Positions 38,595-47,736 of a stretch of DNA of 64,000 nt are shown here, in pieces. Every line of letters begins with the position of its first letter. Within the stretch, counting starts at the first letter, position 1. The stretch is from positions 30,486 to 94,485 of the forward strand of contig JAMCXB010000047.1 in the NCBI GenBank assembly GCA_023480735.1, written 5' to 3'. The notes below the pieces were generated by a model. It saw only the letters and a program-made list of their open reading frames with translations, had not been told where the DNA came from and did not search any database. The position numbers were made by a program, and so were the translations under genes. The DNA is from Bacteroidota bacterium (GTDB lineage Bacteria > Bacteroidota > Ignavibacteria > Kryptoniales > JAKASW01).

Positions 38595-38625
38595 TCGGAC
38601 CTCCGTTTACTTATTAGTGAAACTA

Positions 38626-39228
38626 TCAGTCGCCGAGCTGAAGCCGCCTAATTTCATCGCGGAGTTTTGCTGCCCTCTCATAATCCTCGCGGCCCACTGC
38701 ATCGGTCAATTCTTTCTGAAGCTGTTCCATCTTGGACTCTTTGGTATAAGCCGGCGTTTGTTCACGGCTTTTCTTCGGATGCTCACCCTGCGACTCGATT
38801 TGTTGTTCGCCCTCTTCGGTCTCCGGCATCGTCGACGCCTCTTCCATCACAGTTTCCGATACGTAAATCGGAACGCCGAATCTTATTGCGATTGCAATCG
38901 CATCGCTTGGCCGTGCATCTATTTCATGGTTTACAGAATTGCCTTCTACATTGAGTCGAGCAAAGAAAGTCCCCTCGCGAAGCTCGCTGACTACTACATC
39001 CGAAAGAGTGGTGCCAAGGGAATCGAGAACGTTCTTTACAAGGTCGTGCGTGAGTGGTCTTGGAGGTTTTATTCCTTCAAGCTCAAGTGCTATTGCCTGT
39101 GCTTCGAACTGCCCGATTATTATAGGCAGCCTTCGCTCACCGCTTACTTCTTTCAAAATAAGTGCATAAGCACCAGGGCTTGACGGACTGGGCGAAAGCC
39201 CAAGTATGTCTACCATCACCTTATCCAA
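38626..39228 (-). CDS. bifunctional nuclease (BFN/DUF151) with C-terminal UVR motif
   Basis: RRLPIIIGQFEAQAIALELEGIKPPRPLTHDL, plus the C-terminal EDYERAAKLRDEIRRLQ. Confidence 0.85.
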   Translation of the reverse strand: MDKVMVDILGLSPSPSSPGAYALILKEVSGERRLPIIIGQFEAQAIALELEGIKPPRPLTHDLVKNVLDSLGTTLSDVVVSELREGTFFARLNVEGNSVNHEIDARPSDAIAIAIRFGVPIYVSETVMEEASTMPETEEGEQQIESQGEHPKKSREQTPAYTKESKMEQLQKELTDAVGREDYERAAKLRDEIRRLQLGD

Positions 39229-39267
39229 GCATCTATCTCCTCATTCATCGACAATTTGTGGAATACC

Positions 39268-40248
39268 TCAGTCTTTTCCAAGAGCCTTTTTCATCTGTGC
39301 CGACAATTCGGGAATCACTTCGAACGCATCACCGACAATTCCATAATCGGCGACCTGAAAGATCGGCGCGTCTTTGTCTTTGTTGATGGCAACTATGAAT
39401 TTTGAGGATGACATTCCCGCCAGATGCTGGATGGCGCCGGAGATTGCGACCGCTACGTAGAGGGAAGGAGAGACAGTCTTACCGGTTTGTCCAACCTGGT
39501 CTTCGTGGGGTCTCCATCCCGCATCTACCGCGGCTCTCGAAGCGCCGACCGCAGCGCCGAGAACATCCGCAAGATCTTCAATCATCTTGAAGTTATCCGG
39601 GCCGCCGAGACCTCGTCCGCCTGAAACTATGATATTCGCCTCGGTCAGGTCGGGACGTCCGGCCTTCGTAAACGTGACGCCGATCACCTTGGATAGAAAA
39701 TCCGAATCCTGCAGACTCAGATTCAGCCTCTCGACAGTGGCAGCGGTGCCGTTGGCGCCGCCAGGACTGAAGACGTTCGGTCGCAGAGTAAAGACCTTTC
39801 TGGGCGAATTAATCTTAAGATCTATCAGGCCTTTTCCAGCGTAGACAGGACGCGTGGCAACTATGGAACCGCCCTCTCCCTTCAACGCGATGCAGTCCGC
39901 AGCAAGCCCGGCTTTCAGTCTGCCCGCGACTCTCGGTGCGAGATCCTTTCCCATCGCACTGGCGGGAAAGAGCACTATGTCTGCGGAAAGGGATTCCGCC
40001 GCGTCAGAAACCACCTTGGCGTATGCCGTCGTAGAATAGAGGCTTAGCCTTTCACCCTCTGCTGCATAGACCTTGCCGATGCCAAAGCCACCCAGTTCTG
40101 AAGCATCCTTCTCTACCCCGTTGCCTATTACCAGGCCGACAGCTTCCGCCCCGATCTGACCGGCCAATTGTACCGCCGCGTGCGCCACTTCGAATGCAAC
40201 TTTTTTCAATTTCCCGTCGCGCTGTTCCGCAAATGCAAGAATTCTCAT
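39268..40248 (-). CDS. etfA: electron transfer flavoprotein subunit alpha
   Basis: The C-terminal FAD-binding region ([28 protein letters not shown]) is typical of EtfA. Confidence 0.93.
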   Translation of the reverse strand: MRILAFAEQRDGKLKKVAFEVAHAAVQLAGQIGAEAVGLVIGNGVEKDASELGGFGIGKVYAAEGERLSLYSTTAYAKVVSDAAESLSADIVLFPASAMGKDLAPRVAGRLKAGLAADCIALKGEGGSIVATRPVYAGKGLIDLKINSPRKVFTLRPNVFSPGGANGTAATVERLNLSLQDSDFLSKVIGVTFTKAGRPDLTEANIIVSGGRGLGGPDNFKMIEDLADVLGAAVGASRAAVDAGWRPHEDQVGQTGKTVSPSLYVAVAISGAIQHLAGMSSSKFIVAINKDKDAPIFQVADYGIVGDAFEVIPELSAQMKKALGKD

Positions 40249-40266
40249 TTCAGCACCTGATAAAGT

Positions 40267-41019
40267 TTAGATTACTTTTGCTTCTTCGTGAAGGAGTCTG
40301 ACCAGTTCTGGTACTGCAGACTTGTCTGTACCAAGTATCTTTCCAGCCTGTTTAGCAGGCGGCTTCTTCATTTCAGCAACCTCGGTTAGTGGCTCTACAG
40401 CCGAAGGCGCGACCTCCTGTATTGGCTTTGACTTTGCCGCCATGATTCCTTTCAGCGAAGGGTATCGAGGTTCGTTCAACCCCTTCTGGGCGGAAATTAC
40501 ACAGGGCATCGTCAGTTCAACGGTTTCCTTTCCACCCTCAATCTCTCTCTCGCAGGTAACCTTCCTCGCATTTTCATCGACATCCAATTTCACCACAACT
40601 GACGCCGAAGGAAGCCCAAGCATCTCTGCTGCCATTGTTCCAACTGCCGCATCGTCATAGTCTATCGACTGTTTTCCGAAGAGAATCATGTCTGCCCCCG
40701 CATCTTTGAGGACGAAAGCGATCATTGAGGCGACCGCATATGAGTCGCCGATATTATCGGTTTTTACGTGGATTCCTCTGTCGCCCCCCATAGCGAGTGC
40801 CTTCCTGAGCACCTCCTTCACGGAGTCGCCTCCGACGGAGACATAAGTGACTTCGGCGCCGTTCTTATCTTTCAGCTGTAATGCGGCTTCAACAGCAAAT
40901 TCATCATAAGGATTGAGGATTAGATTGACTTCGGAACGGTCAATCGATTTGCCGTCCTGACCGATTTTGACCTTTGTTTCAGTATCCGGAACCTGGTTGA
41001 CGCAAACGAAAAGCTTCAT
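40267..41019 (-). CDS. etfB: electron transfer flavoprotein subunit beta
   Basis: MKLFVCVNQVPDTE..., LNPYDEFAVEAAL, LILFGKQSIDYD. Adjacent to etfA. Confidence 0.93.
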   Translation of the reverse strand: MKLFVCVNQVPDTETKVKIGQDGKSIDRSEVNLILNPYDEFAVEAALQLKDKNGAEVTYVSVGGDSVKEVLRKALAMGGDRGIHVKTDNIGDSYAVASMIAFVLKDAGADMILFGKQSIDYDDAAVGTMAAEMLGLPSASVVVKLDVDENARKVTCEREIEGGKETVELTMPCVISAQKGLNEPRYPSLKGIMAAKSKPIQEVAPSAVEPLTEVAEMKKPPAKQAGKILGTDKSAVPELVRLLHEEAKVI

Positions 41020-41173
41020 TTGGCACCTCCTTCTGGATTTGTGGTAAGTGTTTAGGAAAATTTAGTCTCATGCATGAAAAACTTCAAGGGTAATAAGGGA
41101 TGCCGCCGCGATATGAGGCCTGCCCCTTCTAAACAACTGTGTGGAAATCCGGCCTCGGGATTTGCTTCGTCAC

Positions 41174-41289
41174 GTAACCCCTCACTTATGGTTTCTTGCC
41201 AAGCCGCTCGCAAAGCGAACCGCTCGTCAACATTTCTTTGCGTTCTTGGCGCCTTTGCGAGAGAAATAACCCTTTCAGTGAGGCATTAC
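41174..41289 (-). mobile_element. 116-bp MITE-like element, copy B
   Basis: 114/116 identical to copy A in reverse complement. 9-bp TSD CTTCGTCAC at 41165-41173 and 41290-41298. TIR 10/12. Confidence 0.8.
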
Positions 41290-41346
41290 CTTCGTCACGG
41301 CTTTGCACATTGCTTAAAAACGGAGGAATAGATATATTTTTTTAGA

Positions 41347-42390
41347 ATGGCAGAGGATGATAGACATAATGCTTTCACGCTATTCGAAAAGAGACTCAAA
41401 AAATCCCTGGTCGTAGACGACCGCTATTCCGTACTGGATTTCAGACCCACCAGCACTTACCTGCATATTCTTACCGATTCCATCTCAAATGCGACTCGCA
41501 TTTCAAAGATGTACCAAAAAGAAACATCAGCCTTCAAGATAAAGGTAGTTCTTCTTCCGGACGGAACTGTTGGCAAAACCACGAAGGGAATTTGTCACGT
41601 TGGCGTATCTCCGGTCAGAAAAGATTGCCGTTCTGCGAGTGAACAGGTTACACAGGTGCTGTATGGAGAGACATTCGATGCGCTTCAGATTAAGGATGAC
41701 TGGGCAAGGGTGAGGTTGGATGCCGACGGCTACATCGGTTGGGTTTCGCTGGGACAGGTCACTCTTTTTGAGAAGGATGCCTTTTATGATTTCCAGGCTT
41801 TGCCGAAGGTATATGTGAGCCATAAGGCTTTTGGGCTCCTTCAAAAACCCGGCAAGGATTCGGCAGTATTACGCGAGGTGGTCTATGGCACTGGCCTTAG
41901 CATAGTCCGCAGCCGGGGCAGATTTCTGGAAGTCAGACTTCCCGACGGAGGAACTGCCTTCGCGGCGAAATCGGGGGTCAACAGCTCCGCGGCAGCAAAG
42001 GAGTTCTCATTGAAGGGACTGTTCGAGACAGCATACAGCTTCCAGGGGATTTCTTATGCCTGGGGAGGAAGAAGTGTTAAGGGATTCGATTGCTCGGGAT
42101 TCGTACAGTCGGTGTTCAGGTTGAATGGCATTGAGCTGCCGCGGGACTCAGGGACTCAATTCTCAACTGGTGTTTCCGTCGGGAAGGATATCGGAAGGCT
42201 CAAAGCGGGAGATTTGTTGTTTTTTTCTTCGAATGGAGATAAAATTACTCATGTCGCGGTGTATGTAGGTAAAAACAAACAATTCATACATTCTTCGGGT
42301 TATGTAAGGATCAACAGCTTTGATCCCAAGAGAAAAGATTTCAGTGAAAAACTTCTATCAACTTTCGTCGGTGCATCTAGAGTAATTTGA
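41347..42390 (+). CDS. NlpC/P60 (C40) peptidase with N-terminal SH3-like domains
   Basis: Catalytic-Cys context YAWGGRSVKGFDCSGFVQSVF and a downstream THVAVYVG His. Confidence 0.88.
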   Translation: MAEDDRHNAFTLFEKRLKKSLVVDDRYSVLDFRPTSTYLHILTDSISNATRISKMYQKETSAFKIKVVLLPDGTVGKTTKGICHVGVSPVRKDCRSASEQVTQVLYGETFDALQIKDDWARVRLDADGYIGWVSLGQVTLFEKDAFYDFQALPKVYVSHKAFGLLQKPGKDSAVLREVVYGTGLSIVRSRGRFLEVRLPDGGTAFAAKSGVNSSAAAKEFSLKGLFETAYSFQGISYAWGGRSVKGFDCSGFVQSVFRLNGIELPRDSGTQFSTGVSVGKDIGRLKAGDLLFFSSNGDKITHVAVYVGKNKQFIHSSGYVRINSFDPKRKDFSEKLLSTFVGASRVI

Positions 42391-42576
42391 TGAAAAGGAG
42401 GTGTTGACGTCTTCAGCCATTATGAGCATCAGATCGAACGAGACGATCACGACAAGAAATACGGAAAAGTATTACTTCTTAATCAAAATTATGAACCGCT
42501 AACAATCTGCAGCTGGAAGAAAGCGGTAATTCTGCTTTATCTGGGGAAAGCGGAGCTAATAGAAAGATATGACGGC

Positions 42577-42960
42577 ATGATCCTGCGCTCCGTGTCAACG
42601 AGTTTGCCGATGCCGAGCATTGTCAGGCTGTCGGTATTCTACAGGGTGCCTCACAAGCGAGTGATTCTAACGAGGAAGAATATACTGCGCAGGGATGGTA
42701 ATAGATGTCAGTACTGCGGCCGCGGCGATCTTCCTCTGACTGTCGATCACGTCATTCCGAAGACTCGTGGGGGCGAAGAAACCTGGGAGAACCTCGTCTG
42801 CGCCTGCATGAAGTGCAACAACAAGAAGGGAGACCGGACTCCCGAAGAAGCTGGATTGAAGCTAATGTCTGTTCCGCGCAGACCGAGCCATGTGGCGTTC
42901 ATCCGTCATTTTGTCGGAAGAATTGACGAGAAATGGAAGCCATACCTTTTTATGAAGTAG
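42577..42960 (+). CDS. HNH endonuclease (5' end unresolved)
   Basis: HNH core CQYCG...LTVDHVIPKTRGG...NLVCACMKCNNKKG. The conserved family N-terminus VLLLNQNYEPLTICSWKKAVILLYLGKAELIE is encoded in-frame upstream (from about 42469), but no ATG, GTG or TTG precedes it in that frame. Confidence 0.75.
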   Translation: MILRSVSTSLPMPSIVRLSVFYRVPHKRVILTRKNILRRDGNRCQYCGRGDLPLTVDHVIPKTRGGEETWENLVCACMKCNNKKGDRTPEEAGLKLMSVPRRPSHVAFIRHFVGRIDEKWKPYLFMK

Positions 42961-42985
42961 AAATATTTCGTAAATTGGACGCACA

Positions 42986-43972
42986 ATGCCGAAAAAGAAA
43001 ATCATCCTCAGCGGGATGCGTCCAACCGGTAAGTTGCATCTCGGCCACTGGGCCGGTGCGCTTGAGAATTGGGTTGCGCTCCAGAACGACGGCGGTTATT
43101 CCAATTACCATCTTATCGCCGACTACCATGCCCTGACGACCAAACTGGACACGTCGCACATCTACGAATATTCATTCGAAATGCTTCTCGACTGGCTTGC
43201 GGCCGGAATCGACCCCGATCACAGTCCTGTGTTCAGACAATCGCAGATAAAAGAACATACCGAGCTTCATCTGATTTTCTCGATGTTGATTACGAAATCA
43301 AGGCTCGAAAGAAATCCTACGTTGAAAGAACAAGTGCGCGACCTGGAACTCGGGCCGATCAGTTACGGCTATCTTGGCTATCCGGTGCTGCAGGCGGGCG
43401 ACATACTCCTGTACAAAGGAGAAGTGGTGCCGGTCGGGGAAGACCAGCTTCCCCACATTGAGATAACGCGTGAGATCGCGCGGGACTTCAACCGGCAATA
43501 TGCGAACGTCTTCCCGGAGCCTGAGGGGAAACTCACACAGTTTTCCCGTTTGCCGGGACTCGACGGCAAGAGAATGAGTAAATCATTAGGGAACACGATT
43601 CTCCTTTCCGATCCAGCCGAGGAAGTCACGAAGAAGATGAAAAAGGCCGTTACAGATCCCCAGAAGGTCCGCAAGGGCGACCCCGGAAGGCCCGATGTAT
43701 GTCTCGTTTTCACATATCATAAGAAGTTTAACTCATCCGAAGAACAAGAGATCCGACGCGGCTGCGAGAGTGGTCAGCTCGGCTGCGTCGATTGTAAGTT
43801 GCGTGCGGCCGAAAGGATAAATCAGTTTCTCGATCCCTTCAGGGAGCGCCGCAAACGTTACGAAAGCGCACCGGAAGAAATCGAGAAGATTCTTAAGAAC
43901 GGTGAGGACCAGGCCCGGGAAGTTGCCGGAAAGACGATGCACGATGTTCACCAAGCCATGAAGATGGGATGA
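42986..43972 (+). CDS. trpS: tryptophan--tRNA ligase
   Basis: Class I motifs GKLHLGH (HIGH-like) and KMSKS. 328 aa. Confidence 0.95.
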   Translation: MPKKKIILSGMRPTGKLHLGHWAGALENWVALQNDGGYSNYHLIADYHALTTKLDTSHIYEYSFEMLLDWLAAGIDPDHSPVFRQSQIKEHTELHLIFSMLITKSRLERNPTLKEQVRDLELGPISYGYLGYPVLQAGDILLYKGEVVPVGEDQLPHIEITREIARDFNRQYANVFPEPEGKLTQFSRLPGLDGKRMSKSLGNTILLSDPAEEVTKKMKKAVTDPQKVRKGDPGRPDVCLVFTYHKKFNSSEEQEIRRGCESGQLGCVDCKLRAAERINQFLDPFRERRKRYESAPEEIEKILKNGEDQAREVAGKTMHDVHQAMKMG

Positions 43973-44718
43973 CTTACAGAGTAAAACTTGACGATTTCGA
44001 GGGTCCGCTTGACCTCCTTCTCTTTTTTATTAAGAGAGATCAGCTTGACATATACGATATTCCGATCGCGAGAATAACGCGTGAGTTTCTGGATTACGTC
44101 CACTACATGCAAATGCTGGACCTTGAGGTGGCCGGTGACTTCATAGTGATGGCGGCGACGCTGATGCAGATAAAAGTGCGGATGCTGCTTCCCCACGAAG
44201 AAGGAATTGATGATCTCATCGAGGAAGATCCACGTAAGGGTCTTGCCGACAGGCTTGCTGAATACGCCCGCTTCAAAGAGGCGGCTCACAATTTTGCCTA
44301 CCTCGAGGAAGAAGGGGGGAAGCTCCATTACCGGATCTTCTTTAAGCAGGATGAGAGACAATACGTGTCACCCGAGGACGACGACCTGAAGGACATGACA
44401 CTGATTGACCTTATCACCGCGTTCAAGCGGGCAATGGACAGGCTGGAAACTACGCCGTATCACAACATCCAGAGATTGAACATCACTATCGAAGAGCAAA
44501 TTGAATTCGTGTTGGATTCACTCAAAGAGAAGTCTGCCCTTCATTTCGTCGAATTGGCTGCTCAGATTCACGAACGGATCAGACTTGTCGTAACTTTTAT
44601 TGCTCTTCTTGAACTGATAAAAAGGAACATACTACGAGTTCAAACGAGCGGCGGGTTCAACGATTTTATAATATCGAAATATGAGGCGCTAGAAGATATT
44701 AATGTCTTACCTTCCTGA
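43969..44718 (+). CDS. scpA: segregation and condensation protein A
   Basis: FEGPLDLLLFFIKRDQLDIYDIPIARIT is the hallmark ScpA N-terminus. Confidence 0.92.
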   Translation: MTYRVKLDDFEGPLDLLLFFIKRDQLDIYDIPIARITREFLDYVHYMQMLDLEVAGDFIVMAATLMQIKVRMLLPHEEGIDDLIEEDPRKGLADRLAEYARFKEAAHNFAYLEEEGGKLHYRIFFKQDERQYVSPEDDDLKDMTLIDLITAFKRAMDRLETTPYHNIQRLNITIEEQIEFVLDSLKEKSALHFVELAAQIHERIRLVVTFIALLELIKRNILRVQTSGGFNDFIISKYEALEDINVLPS

Positions 44719-46111
44719 CGAAGAAGAGAAATCAGAAAATAGTGATAACCATCTTGACGGCGAGAGAAACCAACATCGCCGCGAGGTGATAGACAATGAG
44801 CCGGCACATGACGACGAAATCACACCGCACCCTGCCGACAATGTCGATTTCTCTGAATTCGCACAAGGGGCGGATGAAGAGCAATTGGAGTCGAGCGGGT
44901 CGGAATCTGCAGCCGGATTGACACCTTCTTTTGAATCAGGTGATCCAGCAAACGGGGAAGGTGAACACGGAGCGGACGAGAGTTGCCCCGGATTTGAACA
45001 ACCAGAATATAATACCAGGTCAGGGTTGAGAATCTTCAACGGTACAGACGAGACCGCTCCCCAACCGGAATCGGTAGGGGGTGCGATCGGGGAAGATAGT
45101 AATCCGGTAAGCGATGAGGATAACGCCGCTGAACCGGTGCAGCCGGATGAGACTGTTCAAGAATCACCTGATGAGAACATTGAGAAGGCTGCCGAAGAAG
45201 GGGAGCCTGTCGAAGCTTCACAGACAGAAGGTGAAGAACAGCATCAACCAAACCCGCAGGATGGGAAAACAGAGCCTGCCATCACCGACGAAAATGTCGC
45301 TGAATCGGCCGAAGAAGCGAATTCCGACGAAGAGAAGAAGGCAGAACTGGTTGACAGGACGCTTGACGGCATAGGAGAAATTGTGAAGGCTGACGAGGAA
45401 GTCGAGGGTGCGGAAGCTGATCTCAGAGAAGAAAGCGTCGATGAGCTGGCACACATCATCGAAGCGATAGTCTTTGCTTCCGACGAGCCGCTTACAGCCA
45501 ACACGATAAAGTCCGTTCTGGATGCCTCTCATACTTTCGGGCGTCTCAATGCCGACATGATTTCGGACCGCATCAACGCGCTTAACAATAAGTATGAGTC
45601 TGAAGGGAGCGGTTTCCGGATTGTCGAGATCGCCAACGGATACCAGTTCGCGACTCGGAAGGAAATGGCACAGTGGGTGTCCAATCTCTTCAAGGAGAGA
45701 TCCAAACGGAAGCTGTCCACATCGGCTCTCGAGTCCCTGGCGATTATTGCCTATAAGCAGCCGATAACGAAGCCGGAGATAGAGTCTATAAGAGGTGTCA
45801 ACGTCGATTACGTACTCCACAACTTGTTGGAGAAAGAACTCGTGACTGTTGTTGGCCGAGCCGAAACGGTCGGCAGGCCGCTTCTCTACGGTACCACGCA
45901 GAAATTCCTGAAAATCTTTGCGCTGAAGAGTCTCGATGACCTGCCGAAACTCCGCGAGATCGATGAGATTATCAAGGAGATTAAGAGCAAAGGTGCGGAG
46001 GAGTCGATCCAGCTGGAGATAACGGCGTTGAGCGATCAGACGCCTTCGGAAGACAAGGCTGAAGCGGAAGCGAAGCCAGAAAATAGAGAAGACAATGCCA
46101 CAGACAGGTGA
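44702..46111 (+). CDS. scpB: segregation and condensation protein B with a long acidic N-terminal extension
   Basis: The ScpB core starts near IIEAIVFASDEPL and continues with GYQFATR...AYKQPITKPEIESIRGV. It is preceded by roughly 240 aa of D/E-rich low-complexity sequence. Confidence 0.88.
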   Translation: MSYLPDEEEKSENSDNHLDGERNQHRREVIDNEPAHDDEITPHPADNVDFSEFAQGADEEQLESSGSESAAGLTPSFESGDPANGEGEHGADESCPGFEQPEYNTRSGLRIFNGTDETAPQPESVGGAIGEDSNPVSDEDNAAEPVQPDETVQESPDENIEKAAEEGEPVEASQTEGEEQHQPNPQDGKTEPAITDENVAESAEEANSDEEKKAELVDRTLDGIGEIVKADEEVEGAEADLREESVDELAHIIEAIVFASDEPLTANTIKSVLDASHTFGRLNADMISDRINALNNKYESEGSGFRIVEIANGYQFATRKEMAQWVSNLFKERSKRKLSTSALESLAIIAYKQPITKPEIESIRGVNVDYVLHNLLEKELVTVVGRAETVGRPLLYGTTQKFLKIFALKSLDDLPKLREIDEIIKEIKSKGAEESIQLEITALSDQTPSEDKAEAEAKPENREDNATDR

Positions 46112-46850
46112 CGGTTCCTCACGATCTCTCGTTCGAATAAACAAGTATCTTTCCTCGTCCGGTGTTACTTCGCGTCGGAAAGCGGATGAATTGATATCTT
46201 CAGGTAGAGTAAAGGTAAATGGCAGTATTGTCAAAGAACTTGGGACGAAGATTGACCCGGGCAGAGACAAGATAGAAGTTGACGGCAAGGGTGTGCGGTC
46301 GGCGACCCACCTCGTGTACATACTTCTGAATAAACCGAAGGATGCCGTTACTACGTTGCGCGACGAAAAAGGCAGGAGAAGTGTCCTGGATGTCGTGAAT
46401 GTAAGAGAGCGCGTTTATCCGGTGGGGAGGCTTGACCGCAATACGACGGGCACTCTTCTGCTGACAAACGACGGCGAGCTTGCAAATCGTCTGATGCACC
46501 CGAGGCATCTGGTCCTGAAGGTCTACAAGGCTACCCTGGATAGACCGATAAGAGAACGTGAAATGATGAGGTTAAAGAAGGGTGTCCCCATTGACGGCTC
46601 CTTGGTCGTGCCGGATGACCTCTATGTATTGCCTGACAGCGCAGGCCTCGAAGTAGGAATTGCGGTCCACGAGGGGAAGCATCATCTTGTCAAGCGAATT
46701 TTCGAATCAATAGACATCCGGGTTGTTCAACTTGACCGGCATTCCTACGCCGGGCTGACTCATCGCGGCCTTCAACGCGGTGGCTGGCGGAACCTCACAA
46801 AGAGAGAGATTGATTCAATACGAAAACTCGTTGAACTTCCCACGCCTTGA
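46095..46850 (+). CDS. pseudouridine synthase (RsuA/RluB family)
   Basis: S4 domain (RINKYLSSSGVTSRRKADELI) and catalytic motif GRLDRNTTGTLLLTNDG. Confidence 0.9.
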   Translation: MPQTGDGSSRSLVRINKYLSSSGVTSRRKADELISSGRVKVNGSIVKELGTKIDPGRDKIEVDGKGVRSATHLVYILLNKPKDAVTTLRDEKGRRSVLDVVNVRERVYPVGRLDRNTTGTLLLTNDGELANRLMHPRHLVLKVYKATLDRPIREREMMRLKKGVPIDGSLVVPDDLYVLPDSAGLEVGIAVHEGKHHLVKRIFESIDIRVVQLDRHSYAGLTHRGLQRGGWRNLTKREIDSIRKLVELPTP

Positions 46851-47013
46851 AAAGGATTAGCATCCTTGTTTGGCTGCTCCCTAAGATTGCCGATGCAGCG
46901 GCCTCTCAAGAGTCAAAGCCCCTCATTCTTGGACATCACTTCTCGGTTCCGAAGGGTGCAATCGATGGTCAACACGAGTCCGCGTGCGCTTCACTCTGCA
47001 ATTTCCCTGGAAG

Positions 47014-47736
47014 ATGAAGGATATCTCCTGGTTCGTTTCAGTTTGCTCCAGCAATGGCCTCACGGTCAGTGAAAATCAGGCCGCCAAGTTCGAGGCATAC
47101 AGGCGGCTTCTCGTCGATTGGAACCGCCGGATAAATCTCATGTCGAGAAAAGACGAGGAAAACTTTTATCCGAAGCATGCGATTAATTGCATCTCATTCC
47201 TCTTTAAAAGTAACCTGAAGCCCGGAGCGAAGATTTTGGATCTTGGTACCGGCGGCGGTTTGCCGGGAATACCGTTGAAGATTCTCAACCCTGACCTGAA
47301 CCTCTGTCTGGTAGACTCCATTGCAAAGAAGACTACTGCAGTCTCGTCAATCTCCGGTGAGTTGGATCTGGCCAACGTGGAGGTAGTGACTGGGAGAGCC
47401 GAGGAACTTGCAAAAACAGATGAATTTAAGGGGCAGTTTGATTATGTTATTAGCCGTGCGGCAGGAAAGTTGGGCGAATTAGCCAAATGGTCACGAGGAT
47501 TTCTGAAGGGAGCGGAAGTCCGAATCGGCAGCACCATTCCAGCCGGAACGCTTATTGTATTGAAGGGTGGCGAGCTTACGGACGAATTGAAGCACGCCAG
47601 GAATCTGAAGTTCGTCGAATCTATATCGGTAGACGAGATTACTTTCGACGGAATGGATGAATTAGATAACAAGGATAAAAAACTGGTTGTCGTAGAATAT
47701 AGAAAAGCAGATGCGTCGGTTTGGAGGATAAATTGA
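47014..47736 (+). CDS. rsmG: 16S rRNA (guanine527-N7)-methyltransferase
   Basis: [11 protein letters not shown] and the SAM motif [17 protein letters not shown]. The track ORF starts at 46984. Confidence 0.9.
   Translation: MKDISWFVSVCSSNGLTVSENQAAKFEAYRRLLVDWNRRINLMSRKDEENFYPKHAINCISFLFKSNLKPGAKILDLGTGGGLPGIPLKILNPDLNLCLVDSIAKKTTAVSSISGELDLANVEVVTGRAEELAKTDEFKGQFDYVISRAAGKLGELAKWSRGFLKGAEVRIGSTIPAGTLIVLKGGELTDELKHARNLKFVESISVDEITFDGMDELDNKDKKLVVVEYRKADASVWRIN

Noticed and set aside
11953-42579. Programmed ribosomal frameshifting as the explanation for the two genes (11953-12169 and 42394-42579) whose starts are in a different frame from their conserved N-termini.
   Set aside because: The shifts needed are in opposite directions. 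No slippery heptamer with a downstream structure is evident, and neither gene belongs to a family known to frameshift. Indels (sequencing or mutational) or rare start codons are more economical explanations.
45218-46321. 367-aa ORF on the minus strand, plus other long antisense ORFs (for example 53601-54455, 54047-54766, 31489-32202, 32350-33189, 536-1078).
   Set aside because: Each lies fully opposite a gene with strong family motifs (scpB, the DUF3108 protein, the gamma-CA-like gene, mrdA, a peroxiredoxin). Their translations are low-complexity or Arg/Ser/Cys-rich with no recognisable motifs. They are shadow ORFs.
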